Positions 49,301 to 63,345 of a stretch of DNA of 64,000 nt are shown here, piece by piece (the first letter of the stretch is position 1; each line of letters starts with the position of its first letter). The notes under the pieces were generated by a model, which did no database searches, was not told the origin of the DNA, and worked only from the letters and a program-made list of their open reading frames with translations. Origin of the DNA: Rhopilema esculentum (Eukaryota); contig NW_027019640.1 in assembly GCF_013076305.1 (NCBI RefSeq), positions 4,938,378-5,002,377 of the forward strand, written 5' to 3'. Made by a program: the position numbers and the translations under genes.

Positions 49301-49369
49301 GATACTTGCAATATAGATTTAATCGCAGAAAAATCATTTTTCTGCGATTAAATCTATATTGCAAGTATC
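49301..49369. repeat. Perfect 69-bp palindrome flanked on both sides by (TA)n tracts, in PABPC intron 3
   Basis: gatacttgcaatatagatttaatcgcagaaaaat c atttttctgcgattaaatctatattgcaagtatc; flanks tctatatatatatatatatatatatattaatatt… and …aaatctatatatatatatatttctatatac. Confidence 0.7.
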
Positions 49370-49725
49370 TATCAACTGCTTTTTGCGGAATATCAACATA
49401 AATCTATATATATATATATTTCTATATACAGTATACCTACCTTATTAGAACTTATATTCTCCCGAAGAGTGAGTTATTCATGAAATATGCTTGTTACATG
49501 TAGTTTGATTTTCTTCTACTCTAAATTTTATATACCTTAATATTTATGTAAACCTGGAATCAGGCTACAAACAGAATATTGTTGATTTTGAGTTAATTTG
49601 TATATATTTGATACAATTCTAAATGAGCAACATAGACAATATCTATGTGGTGTCAATATATATGTCTCCTTGACAATTTCGTGGTTCTATATTTGTATAA
49701 AAGGGGGCGCTGTCTTTCCTTCTAG

Positions 49726-49990
49726 GCTGTCAATGAAATGAACAATAAAGAAATCAAAGGAAGGAAAATAACAGTTTGTCCTGCACAGAAAAAGGCTGAA
49801 CGAAGCAATGAATTGAAAATGAGGTTTGAGATACAAAAGCAAGAGAGAATCAATCGTTACCAAGGTGTGAACTTGTTTATCAAGAACCTTGAGGACACAA
49901 TTGATGACGAGAGACTGAGAAAAGAGTTCACCCCTTACGGCACTATCACCAGTGCCAAAGTAATGAGAGATGAGAAGAATGACTCCAAAG
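49726..49990 (+). CDS. PABPC: PABPC exon 4 (RRM3/RRM4)
   Basis: [88 protein letters not shown](G). Acceptor ttccttctag; donor GTATCC at 49991. Confidence 0.9.
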
Positions 49991-50241
49991 GTATCCTGTT
50001 TTGATCTTGTTAGAACATTCTGTTTAGATTTGATGGAATAGGCCTCTGCTCTGAAGAAGTCTTCCTGTTTCCCTCCAAGTTGTCAAACCAATGGAAGTAG
50101 TTAAGAGTAACAGAAATATATGTATATATTTGGCCTAAGCTATAAATTTTTTTTTATATTTATATATTCCAGATTGCGTTGTCTATTCTGACGTGACAGT
50201 GCTCGATTTGCAAAAGCACAGAGCAATAGATATAATAAAAT

Positions 50242-50367
50242 AGAAGATAGGCTAGAAATGAGACATGTTCTCTGTTACTCTGAGTTTCGTGCTTGCACAC
50301 TCATCATACAGCGCAAGCACGAAACTCAGAGTAACAGAGAACATGTCTCATTTCTAGCCTATCTTCT
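50242..50367. repeat. Perfect hairpin / inverted repeat: 55-bp arms and 16-nt loop, in PABPC intron 4
   Basis: agaagataggctagaaatgagacatgttctctgttactctgagtttcgtgcttgc – acactcatcatacagc – exact reverse complement. A non-palindromic paralogue lies at ~46962–47080 in intron 1 (…ctgttactcagagttttgtgcttgtgcactcatca…). Confidence 0.7.
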
Positions 50368-50911
50368 TTTTTTATATTTATTTATATATATATATATATA
50401 CTTATTTAATGCTAGTGATCTTCTGTTTCATTCATTGTGAAGCAAAGCATTTGATGATAGCTGAAATTATGACTCAAAGGGAAATAATAATAAGTTAATT
50501 GATTGACCAGAAACAAAGACACCATATAAATATCATTTTATTTCTGGTGTGCTACTTGCATCATTTAATTAGTGGGCCTTGTGTAGCCATATGATATTTT
50601 CTTATATAAGTCCTTAGATGTACCCATTTTTTTATAAGTTATTGTTGTTATGACTTTGAAAGGTAAAAAGATGTTCTAATAATTTACATTTCTTTAAGTT
50701 TTTGTCGCTTTTAGTACAAAAGTTCCTAGGGAGATTAAAGTGGTAACAAACATTTCCAAAGTAGAGGTCCTTATCCATTCAGTAGAAATAAGAAAAGGTT
50801 GTTTTTTGTTTGCCAAGTGAAATCTCCTAATTTGAAAGTGGGCAGTGATTGCGAGTGAAATGACAATTCAGCTTTGCATTGCTTGTATCAATCTGTATTT
50901 TTTTGTTCTGA

Positions 50912-51211
<300 letters not shown>

Positions 51212-51467
51212 TGATATTTCTCAAACGCTTTACAGTCAATGTGCACAAAGATGGAGCTGCTCAAGACAGCATACATTTTGTTTAGCTGTCTGTTAAATAA
51301 GTGTTTTTAGTTTGTCCTGTTCCCTTTGAAAAAATTTCTCTTAAGATTTGAGCATTTATATACATATATTTGATTGTGAGTCGTTTTGGAAAAGATACAA
51401 GTATTTAATTTCGAAGCGAGCGATTTTTTTAAACTGGTGACTCTAAATTTCCATTTTTCAAACTCAG

Positions 51468-51794
51468 AGGGCCATTGCTTTGCAACAAGCGCAAGTTCCA
51501 ATGCAAGGCAGACCGAGATGGGCAGCCCCAAATCAAAATCAAATACGATCAAATGTGTCATACATCCAGACTAACGTTCAGAGGCAGCCGAGACCACGTC
51601 AGTCGATGGGGGCTAGAGGAGTCAACCCACAGGCTTTGGCTGGACGAGGTGCTATGCCCCAGCCTAGACCATCTGTGGCACAACCAAGACCTCCAGCATA
51701 TAAGATCACTGCCACTGTTCGTAATCAGCCAGCACAGGGCAATGTTATGAGCCAGCCAGCCGTCCCACAAGCAGACCCAGGAATGTCAGTGCAG
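51468..51794 (+). CDS. PABPC: PABPC exon 6 (Pro/Gln/Ala-rich linker)
   Basis: RAIALQQAQVPMQGRPRWAAPNQNQ...PRPPAYKITATVRNQPAQGNVMSQPAVPQADPGMSVQ. Acceptor aactcag; donor GTAAGC at 51795; phase 0 on both sides. Confidence 0.85.
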
Positions 51795-52751
51795 GTAAGC
51801 CGCTGTCACTTCAATATACGTTGGTGTAGCGAAACTTTGAGGCATAGTTTTACAATGACAAAGATTTGCGTTTGTGCAAGGAAAGGTTTAATGAATTATC
51901 CAGGAAAGAAATTGGACCGTTTAGGATTTTGCTATCATTTTCTAATTCTGTATAGAGTTTAAGCTTCTGGAGGCACTTTTTGCTTTCTGTTTTTGTTTCA
52001 TCATAAACCTGAAAGCAGGTGTAATGCCAAAGTTTTGAGTTTTGACGTGGTATCCCTAGGCAATGGTGTTGCCAAATGAAACATGGTAACCATCATGTTC
52101 TAATGACTGACTTTGTCAATTCATTTCACTGCAAACAAAAGTTTGTCAAGCAGTAGAAATGTCAATGTTTATCACCATAAATGTCTGTCCATTGCGTCCA
52201 AAAATACTTAAAAAAATTATCCGCTAAAAACTTCTCTCTCTGACAAGGACTCACACATTGCGGAAGTTAAAGAGATTGCTAGCACAACAAAGACAAACAA
52301 TTTTAAGGTTAAACATTAATGTTGCAGGGTTTTTTATATGTGACAAAAATGAAGCGGAATATATTATCCTCCCTAATTTTTCCTTTCCATTTGATTCCAA
52401 TAATTTTTTGGTCATCTCTTGCTTAAATGTCATCGCTGTATTTTTCACTAAAGCATCAAATTTCGCATTACAAACTAGTCTTTCTCGCTTGTGATTGCCA
52501 GTAGTGTATCCGTCCGCTTCCATAAAACTCATGCCTCCATGACACACATGATGACCTTAGAACAAAGTGAAATATTTTTCGTTTCACTCAGTGTGAAGTT
52601 TGGGCATTTTTTTCAAGACCAAGTAGATGAAATGTGAGAATTTTCCAGTGTGCACCAGTGAAAAAGTATATGTGTGAACTAGAACTTATGTAGATTTTTT
52701 CAGTTATCTTAAATAGAAATTTGGTAAAGGATATAATTTTAAATTTTGAAG

Positions 52752-53024
52752 GATCCATTGACTGCATCATCTCTTGCCAATGCAACACCCCAAGAGCAAA
52801 AGCAAATGATTGGTGAACGACTGTTCCCTATGGTGCAAGAATTTGAACACCATCTTGCTGGAAAGATCACTGGTATGTTACTGGAAATTGACAATACTGA
52901 GTTGCTGCATATGTTGGAATCACGCGAGTCGTTGCACACCAAGGTTGAGGAAGCCGTACAAGTGCTGAAAGCTCATCAAGCCAAGGAAGCCGCTACTGCC
53001 GCCTCTGCGCCCGAGGGTGTTTGA
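52752..53024 (+). CDS. PABPC: PABPC exon 7 (PABC/MLLE domain and stop)
   Basis: [90 protein letters not shown]. Nearly identical to the vertebrate PABC region ([24 protein letters not shown]). The start coordinate is taken from the ORF-track frame; my own base count gives 52751, so ±1. Confidence 0.88.
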   Translation, partial: DPLTASSLANATPQEQKQMIGERLFPMVQEFEHHLAGKITGMLLEIDNTELLHMLESRESLHTKVEEAVQVLKAHQAKEAATAASAPEGV

Positions 53025-53120
53025 GCGGGCGGAAAGCGTATCAAAGCAACAACAGTGACTACAATATTTCATTAATTGGCGCCAATTTATTGGTTTACAG
53101 GATGTGACGTTTATGGTTTG

Positions 53121-53126
53121 AATAAA
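53121..53126 (+). terminator. PABPC: AATAAA polyadenylation signal, ~100 nt after the PABPC stop
   Basis: gtttgAATAAAtcaag; first canonical hexamer downstream of TGA at 53022–53024. Confidence 0.5.
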
Positions 53127-55899
53127 TCAAGATTGAAGAAACATGAGTTGTAGTCAATGATTATAGATAAAAGCTGATTCCTTGTCTACATGACCTTAAA
53201 ATCTTTTTTATGTCTTGCTCGTTATGCACCAGACCTTCTCGAAGTTTAAGGAGACACAATGCAACTGGTATTAAAGCCACCGCTTGCAACTATCTTATGA
53301 TTAAATAGCATCAACTTAACTTAAACTTATATCTCTTACGAACGGCATCCCTTTGATTTTTTCTTTTTTTCTTAACCAATCCTTTCACATAGAGCCACTA
53401 CTTTTTAGTTTGTTTTGTTATCCATGTTCGGTAAGTTTTTGTTGTTGTTTTCATATGCAAAAATGTCTATTTTTACAAGTTAATAGGGTAAAAAGGAAAT
53501 AGGGACAATAATATTCTTCCTACTAGATGTTTTCAAATACTTATAACTGGAATTTTCATCAATTTTTCCCTGATGCTGTGATAATTCCTATTGCCTTTTT
53601 CGATCGTCTCCTTCCTTGGCCATTTGCAGCTCGTCTAGGCCTGCCATTTCGTGCAACTGTTATTGCAATAAGTTGAATTTTCCCCTATTCTTCCATATGA
53701 TCCTAGTTTTCAAAATATTCTCGGTATCCTCTTTTGTTTCTTCAGCACTTGTTTAGGAATTTCCTTCGTCGTCTCTTACATTCCTTGTTTGCAATCTTTC
53801 CGTTCTCTTGCCACCTAAAACTTCCTACTTAATTTCAATATTTATCTTCCGTTTCTTCTTTTTAAGAATGAGCATCTAGACTTTAATGGCCAATATTTTT
53901 TGGTTGTATCTTTTCTACTGAACATTGCATCTTTGATACTTGTAAAGGTTGCTTAACTGAATTGAATAAGATTCTTTGTAAATGCTTTCCTGAAGCTTCC
54001 AATCAGCTCATCTTGATTTTCTTCCAATTTTTTGATCATATGGTGATATAACGATCATATGTTCAATCTGCCAAATGAAAACGTTTTGATGCCTACTCCC
54101 AGCACCATACTGCTCTCTCGCTCATTTCATTTGTCATATGATCTCAGTACACTTTCAGTCAACGTTGCTACATTCCAGGTCGCTAGATTTTGATTGTTGA
54201 CTTAGTCTTTGCCTGAAAAGTCATACTGCAGTCTCCTTACAACGAGCACCAGGGGTAAATTTTCAACGTTTTATGTAGGGTTGCTTATTCGAAGGGGGTT
54301 ATCGATTAGATTTTACAATATCGCATGGACCAAAAGTATTACTGGTTTGGTTCAAATTCTGTTCGATGTACTCTATATTGAAAATTATCATTATTTCTCT
54401 TCTCGGTATCATTATAAATATCCACTTCTTCGTCATAACCATCCCCTTCAGAAACAAAGAACTGATACACATATGAGGGTACAAGTGCTTGATGGAAAAG
54501 GCGTTTAAGGATACAGGCGCTCGTTCTAAGGGGGCACTTAATTGTAGATTGACGGTAAAATCCCACGCAGCAAATTGTTGTCTATTTTCTTCTATGTTGT
54601 GTGTTGACAAGGCTTGCATCTCAAGAAGTGCTACAACGGCCTGATCAACCATGAAGGACATGATCTTCAGCACAGGGTCCTGTGCTTATGTAAACTTCAC
54701 CTATTTTACAGTTCTTAGCATTCCCAGGATCCACTGCGCGGACTACGTAGCCTCCACAATGGTTTAAAGCTGGAAACAATACTCGTCCCATAACATTCAT
54801 TTTTCTTCTTTGCGGTCTGAATAAATGATACTTAACGGACTTTTTACTGTTATCAGTGTACTAAATCTAATACAAAAAAAACCTGTTTCTTTCCTTCAAC
54901 AGCTTTTATCGTTCTCAATCAGCGATAAACTCAAACATAAGACAGTTCTCAGACTGTGCTGAACATTCTTATCGCAACAGTTAATGCATTTTCTCCTTCA
55001 TTCGTTTGAGCTTCGATCTGTAAGCAGAGTTTTGCTTGCAACTAAAAAAGTATCTCTTCTGATTGCTGTTGCGTCAAATGTCCTGCTCTCACGATAGCGC
55101 TTCATCCAGATTTGCATCTTATTGCAAGGCAAACCGACAAACCAAGCTTCTCGTAGAGCGATAAACCATGCAAAGATGCCGATGCCTTTCATTTGCCTTG
55201 CAATTTTCAAAAATTCTACTTTTCTCTCTATAATCTGTCTACTGCCATGCTTTGGTTTTCAGCATTCAAATGAACGTACATGAAGGTTGTTTCACAAAGT
55301 CGTTTAATGGTCATCTTCATTCAAATTCATTTTTATTGTGTCTATGCTACGTAGAGGAGATGAAAAAGAAAAAAGTTTTGATTGTTTTCTTTCTGGTAAT
55401 CTTCGAGGCACGTCTCACTTCTCGGAAGGAACTAATTTATTATAAAAATTGGGGGAGGGGTAACACTTTGGCAAAATATATTTTGTGACTTGACTCTGGC
55501 TTTATGCAACGAAACGTCATGTACGTACGCAATTTGTAAATTTAGCGTGGAGAAACCTTGTTGGAAAAAAGGTTTTCCAGACATAAGAAAGAGAGTGGCC
55601 TAGTTTTTTTAGCGGGCTCTGTTTGTGGATATTTAAGGGGCGCAAAATTCAAAGTCTGACTGTTAGATTGAGCATGTCAGTCATGGTTAAAACTTGACAA
55701 TTTTGCTTTTACTAATTTCTCGAGGCATCCCAATCACAGGAAGGCTGGTAACTGGAAAATTTTAATTAAATTTTTCTTACATTAATTTACTAACTCGGGA
55801 ATGAAATACCAATGCAATATAAAGGGCATAAAGCTCCCTCAGAAAAACTGCCATAGACATCAGAAGGTCAGTCATGAGGCTACGTTCCCACATCGGGAG

Positions 55900-56300
55900 C
55901 GAGTTGGACTGTTGGTGTATCGGCGCAAATCGCTCAACCTACCATATAGGGGTTACTAAGGGAAGTTACACAATAACTCCCAAATATGATTGATAATTGG
56001 GAGGGAATGAACTGGAAAAGCCTCTTTTCCCCACTAATAGCCGATGTACCAGTCCTACCTAATAGCACCAGAAAACGCTAAAAAGCATAAAAGATGCCTA
56101 AAGGCATGAGAGCTTTTAACGATGCCATAAAAAAACTCAACACGCAAAGCTATACTAAAAAGGTATTTTGGGAAAAAACACATTAAACAGCCTAGTTGTA
56201 TTGTGGCTTCACCAAGCAAGATGAAACTCACGCTATGCCAAAAAACCCTCAAATACCCCTAGATTAACCAAGAGAATAAAAACGCTACGAAACACAAATC
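55900..56300. repeat. Second, uninterrupted copy of the repeat family that hosts the LTR element
   Basis: Diverged (~70% by eye) but colinear similarity to 35500–35706 plus 42026–42250. Confidence 0.45.
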
Positions 56301-59300
56301 TAACCCTAGTTTAACAAATCAACTTCTCAGGCCGAAAAACCCCCCGCATTGCCCCTAAACTAGCAGAGCAGGTACAAGGAAAAACGCGAGGAAGCGTGGC
56401 ACAAGAAAACATAACGAATAAGCAATAACACTAATCTCAAGCGATTTAGTTAACGCTCAAAAGCCCCTTGTGAAATTCACTCTGATTAAATTTCATTTAA
56501 TCATCATTTCTTGCGTCCTTAAAGTTAGGTGGAAGATTTGCGGAAATTTATTAAAACAGATGAAAAAGATTCTTGCAAACGTTACAGCACAGTATCTCGG
56601 GAAAGAAAAACGACAGAGATTATGTATGATCTCATACATTATCCTGACGCATCGGTGTATCGAATGCATAGGTGAATAAAATCATATATCGTTGAATTTA
56701 ATTTATTTTGAAAATCTCATTTCATTGGATTCTCGTCGTTTTATTGCTATTTTCCTGTTCATCTTTGGTATTGAAAGATAGCTGTACTGTCGGACACACT
56801 TCAAGACATTTGTTTAAAATATTCAATTACATTTTTTTAGCCATTATTTTTTAACTTTACTGACAATTCACATGAGTTAACAGTTAACAAATCTGTATCA
56901 AATCTAACTGATTTTGCACATGTAGAAGTATTTGATCGTGTCCTTTACGGTTATGCGTTGTAGGTAAAAACATTAATATTTATGACGTCATCACTTTGGC
57001 ACTCTAATGCTTTTGGTCTCGGTGTTCTCATAACATTTCCTGTGATTGATGATGATTGCTAGAACTTCTTGACTCGTAGGCGATGGTTGCTGATGGTCAA
57101 CGATGCGAGAAAGCTGCTGCTCTTATATCATCAGCATTGCAAGATATTGATTTGTGACCATTGTTGTGAAGGAGCAGCACGCGGTTAATCCTTCACTCGT
57201 TCCTAGACCTCGAAGTTGCATTAAGTTGCGAAGTTGCTCGAAGTCAGTTGTTCACGCCACGTTGTAATGAAAAAGTTGTTCACGTTGGATCATGTTTATT
57301 GTAAATAGTTTATTATGTTCCTGTTGATGTTATGAAATGTTTAAATACCCCAATGATGTCTTCTTCAAATGTCCTGACCTAAATCTCTAAAACAACCATC
57401 ACCAATGGTCTGCAATGTATGAGAACCAGGTTGAAGTCTCGTATTGCCTCCTATCTATTGATTGATTAATGTTTAGACAACCTTTCACCAATTACCCCAC
57501 TGCACTTATGTCTAGATATAGATGCCTTCGCCTCAAATGCAGTGCGCCCTTGCCTTCAAATGCTGTGCACATTCAACTGATTTTTTGTCGCAGAAGACGA
57601 AGATTTTCGCCCCCTACAAACAACACGACTGTTTTGGGATTCCACCTTTTGTTGTTATCATTTTCCAGTGAACAATGTTCTATCCTTTCTGGCGGGAGAG
57701 AGTTCAAGGTAAGTCACATGATCCAAAAATGTACGTTTGATTGGTTTAAGAATGGAAAACCTGTCTTTCGACTCCGTACACTGCTCGATTGTTGTCTTTG
57801 GTCGCAAATGAACTCCTTGATTTCAAAGTTAATCGTAAAAGATAAAAATCTTCGTCTTTTGGGATAAGAATCGGCTCTGTGTGCGCTAGGCTTTAGTGGG
57901 GGTATACACGCTTTAAATTTTATTATTAAAAGCTACAGAACTAGAATTATGTAAAGTAAAATTTTCTTCTTGTGTTCTTTGTAAAGAGATATTTTCTAGA
58001 TACGATAATGCATGAATAATTTGTAAGCACATCAATAAGAGTTTGCCTATCTTTTAGGGAGACGTGTGGTTCCTTTCCATCCGCCCTACAAAGTGTGAAG
58101 ATCATGAGGAAGGAAACATGCCACAAAAGCGTTTTTATATGATAAGCATAGTCATGAATTTCACTCATAAATGTCAACAGAACACGTTGGAGCATGTGTT
58201 TTTAACGCGCTAAGGGTTCTATGCATATTTACAGCAAGCACAACAGATCTATCTCCAGTTCAAGGTTTTCTGAGGATTGGCGTTTGTCATTCGAGTTAAT
58301 CAATCTTGTTTATCGAAATTGCTGTAAGCTACCACAGAACAGCACGCTTCGTTGTTGACTTTAAGCAACCTTGGGACAGTTCCAATCGCACTCCTAGCAA
58401 GTACGCCTGATAAGTGATATCTGCACCGTTGATTTGGTTGGAATTGAAGAACTGTAGCTGCATTTGGATAGAGGTAATTCGAATAATGTATTTCTTTATC
58501 ATGATTATGAATTTTACTGAAACCTCAAATTTCCTGTGAATTGTTCAAGGCATTACGCAACCAAATAGAAGGAAGATCACTTGTCGGATCTACTGGATCC
58601 AGATAAAGGGGATTCTTTAATCTTAGCTTGAAGGCCCCTGATAACGTGTTGTCCACTAACGTTCGCTATAAAAACAAAACTGTTTGCTCCACGATGTGTC
58701 CCTAATGTTGAAACACATCTTATTCTTATAATTCATGAGCAAATTTGATCTTAAAGTTCATGTTCAGTCACTTCGCGTTCTTTTTCGTGACATATTTCAA
58801 CAATAACATACACAAATATATGCAATGTCTTGCTATCAAAAACTTATTCTATTTCATCCCCTATTGTCGCTAACCCTCATTCATAATATCAGCTTCTTTC
58901 TGTGTTTGTCTTAAAACTGTTCATTGATAATTCTTTTTGCTGTTCTAAGTGTTGGTTTTTCTTCCTATTCATAACTTTTTGCTGACTGTTCTTTTTCTCT
59001 GCATTTTCCTTTCGTTTTTTTCCTTTTTTATATTTTTGCTGTTTTTGTCAATTTGTTTTTCTTCTTCTTTGCCGTTTTAAAAAGTTTCTATCTTTTCTAT
59101 CTTGAATCTTTCTACCTTTTCGTTTCATTTATTTGTTGGCCTTTCATTACACAGAGCATGTTGTGTTCTTCCCTATTTTGCTGACTTTTCCTATCTTTTT
59201 ATTGTCGCTCTTCTAGAATAAAAGGACATTTGTCCCAGAATATGGATAAATGAGTGAATATCTCATGTTACTTTTATTGCGAGAGAATAAAAAACATTAA

Positions 59301-62300
59301 GTAAAGAGAGTTGAAACATTATAAATAAAAGTCTAATTGTATAATTATTCAAAGCTTTTGACATTATTTGATAACTAGTATGAAGGGAGACAAAGAATAA
59401 GGAAGGCTATAAGAGCAGGGATACGGCTAGAGCAAAAACAACTAGTTCACATGAGAAATTCGACGGATGATGCAGTATTGTGCAATCACCACCAGCTTGT
59501 AATCGAGTCCAAATTGAGCACTTTGGTGTTAATCATCTCCTATAGCAGGTGTTTCTGATGCATTAGGCTTCACTGTAACTTGCTTTCACGCAAGGCTCTC
59601 TGTTTTTGTCGTCATTTTCGCTTGATTTAAACACATTAACACTGTTCAAATATCAAGATCAATGCCGGCCGTGAACTTCGCAAAATATGAACTTTGCTAA
59701 TGCGCTTTCAATCACAAATTAAAACTTTTTGCAGTTACTTAGTTAGTTAAAATTGGTCAATTTTACGATTCGCGTATTTTATGATTCGTATGCTGATATA
59801 TTTTCGATAATACAAACGTTACTCAAGAACAATAGGAACTAAGCCTTGTATGAATTTCGAAGCTAAATTTATTCATCTTCGATGACATTTTGACAATCGT
59901 TACTTCCTAGCCAGAGCTGAAAAAAAGTTTTTTAATGTGTTTTTATACTCATTAGAAACAACTAATTTTGCTATATTTTATTACCTATCAAATTTGGAAT
60001 GTTACAGGCCATACTAAAACCGGTCGAGATGAGACAGGATCAATCCTGGATCTGTTGAAGTTTTTTTGAAAGCTTTACCATTGGTCTAGCGTGGGGCCAA
60101 ATTTCAAACTGGTTTGCTTAAAAAATGTTCAAGAAAAGTTCGGTTAGAAGACCCGAATGAATCTCGTTCGCCCGGCCCTGCATAAACGCAGCACGGGTGT
60201 GCATTAATTTGGATTCCATCTTTATTATAAAGACCGAACTGTACTGTACCAGATCTAAATTGGTCTGTTTCAAAAGCGATTTCAAGAGAGTAACGGTCGT
60301 TACTAGACCTATCGTTACTAGTTTTGAATCAATCTTAGCGCTAAAACTAGACCTTAAAAGAACCTGGTCTAAATCGGTCCGCTTCAAAGCGATTCAAAAA
60401 TTCTACAGTCGCAGACCCGAATGAATCAGAACCATCAGGTTCAGTGTAAACGCAACATTGTACCTTGCTAGTTTCTGAAGTTTGAGAACGAATGGAGCTT
60501 TTTTATGAATGGGCTGTTAGCATGGCAACTTTAATGCTATTACTGGAGCAAGAATCAGTAGTTGTGAGGAGAATGGAAGACATTACCAATGCTTTCCCTT
60601 CATAGTCGTTATTTGGATGCTATCGAGATAAAAATAACACCATGGCTATCAATCTAGAAATTTTCAGATCTACAATAAGCAAGAAACATTTAAGGAGCCT
60701 TGCAATTCTTTTCCATCGATATCAATAAAATGATCTGGTATTTAACTGGTGTTGTTTTTACAATTTTCTTAATCGCATGCAGACCTGCAGTTTTTGAAGA
60801 TCAAATTAATTGTGGTTTTTTGTTTGATTGTTCCTGTAGAAGTCCGTTCCAATAGTTTATCTTGTTTAAATACAGGTTTATTGGTTTTGATATTCACCGC
60901 AGCGCCTTTGCTTATTAATCGGTTTTGAAAGCTTTTGGGCTCAAAAAAATATTTAAGTATTTATAAAGTTGCGCAAATATTTCATTCAAAGGAGCCATTT
61001 TGTAGTCCAACAGCCGGGTAGCAGAAAATTTATTTCTTTCAAGTCATCTTTAGCTGTTTTGCATCACCAGATTGATTATTTGCTTTCTTCTTGCTCGTTT
61101 TTATGCAAATATGAATCTTGAATGATTTCAGTAAAGAGAAATCATTGATGCATTTACCTAAGCAACGATTTCACAAAGCAACCAATTCCATTGTCATGAG
61201 AAGTAAGCAAATGTTAAGATCAATGAAGCTTTGAGTTTTTGTGCAGGTCTTAAAAGCATCCCTGTTAGCTACCTTTTTCTTTCTCTTGCCTCACGTCTCT
61301 TACGCACCTTGTCATTCTTTTCCAATTGATTATGCGATTACCTTTCGCAAATACAAACACCCCTACATAATCAACTTCGTATCGGTAGCCAGCATTATGG
61401 TGCATCTGAAAATGTCCCAAATTGCGATTTACCTGCATAAACATTATGGAAACCTCCGTTTATATTAGTTTGTTTTAGTTCTTCTCCATTCTAGATATTT
61501 CTCGTTGAATTAATTTATAGTCTTTGCTGGAGTGCAAATATTATGGTCCAGTCTTCCTTACATATAAGCTCTATAGAAGCAACTTTTATCTATCCTTTTA
61601 CGCACATAGGTTTGGCCTGATTTTTTTGTTTTTCAAGGAATTTGTTTTGTGAATAGTACAGAATTGAAGGCATCAGCTCTTCACCGGCGTAGCTCCTCGT
61701 AGCATTTCCGTTGCAGCCCTAAGCTTTAAACTTTCACTCATTTAACGTAGCCCATTATCAGCTATTGATATTCATAATTTATATTCATGTTAATAGATCT
61801 CGACAACAATTCCAACAAATATGCATAAACAGAGTATCAAATAGTGCGATGTGTCCAGAAAAATGATGTTATTTTGTTTTTCTTTTGATGAAAGAATATC
61901 AAATAGATCTTGAAAATTTTCAGGTATTTCAGGTATTCCATCGAATGCTTCCTTTTAACTTTTTCGAGTCAATCTTTAACTTTAACTATTCCTCAACTAT
62001 TGCTAACATCTAACTTAATCTAACTTAATAGAATGCTTACCAGGATAGATAGATTTTTTTTACAAAGTATACATAACCAGTAACAGCGTTAGCAGCCTAT
62101 CAGCTCAATAGTCTGCAGTCTATTTGTGGGAATCCTGTATTTTATTAAACAAGCTGCAATTCCTGTTAAAGAAAGGCTGTTCCTGTTTATATCAATAATT
62201 AAACGCCTATTCCAATCGTTAGAATAAAAATTTCTATTGCAAGCTCGATGGCGACATCGAACTATCATTGAATAAGCGTCTTGATTGCTTCCTCTCAGAA

Positions 62301-62848
62301 TAGTATGATCAACTTTTGAAATTTGTGGGAGAACAACCTTCTGTTTTTTATTATGCATCCTCAAACAACGTGTTCTCTTAGGATTACTGATAGAGGTCTT
62401 TGAGCCTAAACTTGCCTGGGAAATTCCTACAGGACTAGAACCCTTTGGCAGTTCCGATGTCCTGCTAGCGATTTCTTTAAATATTGCTATATGCCGGGAT
62501 GATTATACCTGCTTGTTTGGCAGTAAGGGCCGGATCAATGCAAAGACAAACTAGGCCATGGCCAAGGGCCCCCATAGTTTTGAGGCCTAGTGCTAAACAA
62601 AAAAATAAAAGTGCTGCCCATAATGACAGAATCACTGCAATTGAGAAGGGGCACAAGGCTGGAACCTTTGTACTGCGCAATCAATGGATATGTGCAATGT
62701 GCGAAAAATTCAATTGTTTCAAGCACCTTACTTTGTCTTGTGCTCAACATATTTTTTCGCTTGTGTTAACAAAATAATCCAAAAGGCAAAAGAATTGAAA
62801 GGTTATTCCTTCCACTGTTGAGCGGTTTGCCTTTGCGGTTAGCAAACC

Positions 62849-62935
62849 TTAGCAACAACAACAGCAATGATAACAGTAACAGTAGAACAGCAACAACAAA
62901 ACAACAACAAGAACAACAACAGCACCAAATTGAAA
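62849..62935. repeat. CAA/CAG/AAC-rich trinucleotide low-complexity tract
   Basis: caacaacaacagcaatgataacagtaacagtagaacagcaacaacaaaacaacaacaagaacaacaacagcaccaa. It produces poly-Q/N in one frame and poly-V/L/C (ORF 62849–63076) on the opposite strand. Confidence 0.7.
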
Positions 62936-63345
62936 ATCAGCTGCGCCAACATTTGCTATTTTAGGTGCGCAAATTTCAGCAAAAAAGTATTCTATGTCCA
63001 GAAAAAAGTTTTTTACCTGGAAGCGATATAAGTATTGAAATAGACAAAATACAGAAATAGATGGTGCACAAAACAACCTTAACCAAACGTTTTTGCTTAC
63101 CTTACTGAAGCATTGGAATCTTCTATTCTAATTAGTATGTACATTATTTATCTAAAACCATCTACATATAGAAAGAGGCATTCTTTATATAAAAAGAGGA
63201 CAGTTTTGTTGTGAATTTCTTGTAAAGTATGATGAATTTTAAACCAGGGTTAATTACATATGTGCATTTTGGCCCACAGAATGTTTTTGGGTCCCACAAA
63301 ACCTTTATCCGGGCCTGTTGGCAGTTCATCTAAAAGACTACTGTG

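Noticed and set aside
57469-57867. 132-aa plus-strand ORF ending at a GTAAGT donor (…SILSGGREFK|gtaagt)
   Set aside because: Contains internal short direct repeats (gccttcgcctcaaatgcagtgcgcc / cttgccttcaaatgctgtgcaca) and no recognisable domain. Insufficient to call an exon.
62480-62780. Overlapping ORFs on both strands (97, 71 and 67 aa) with GGCCATGGCC palindromes
   Set aside because: No recognisable protein or RNA family. Probably compositional; kept only as a note.
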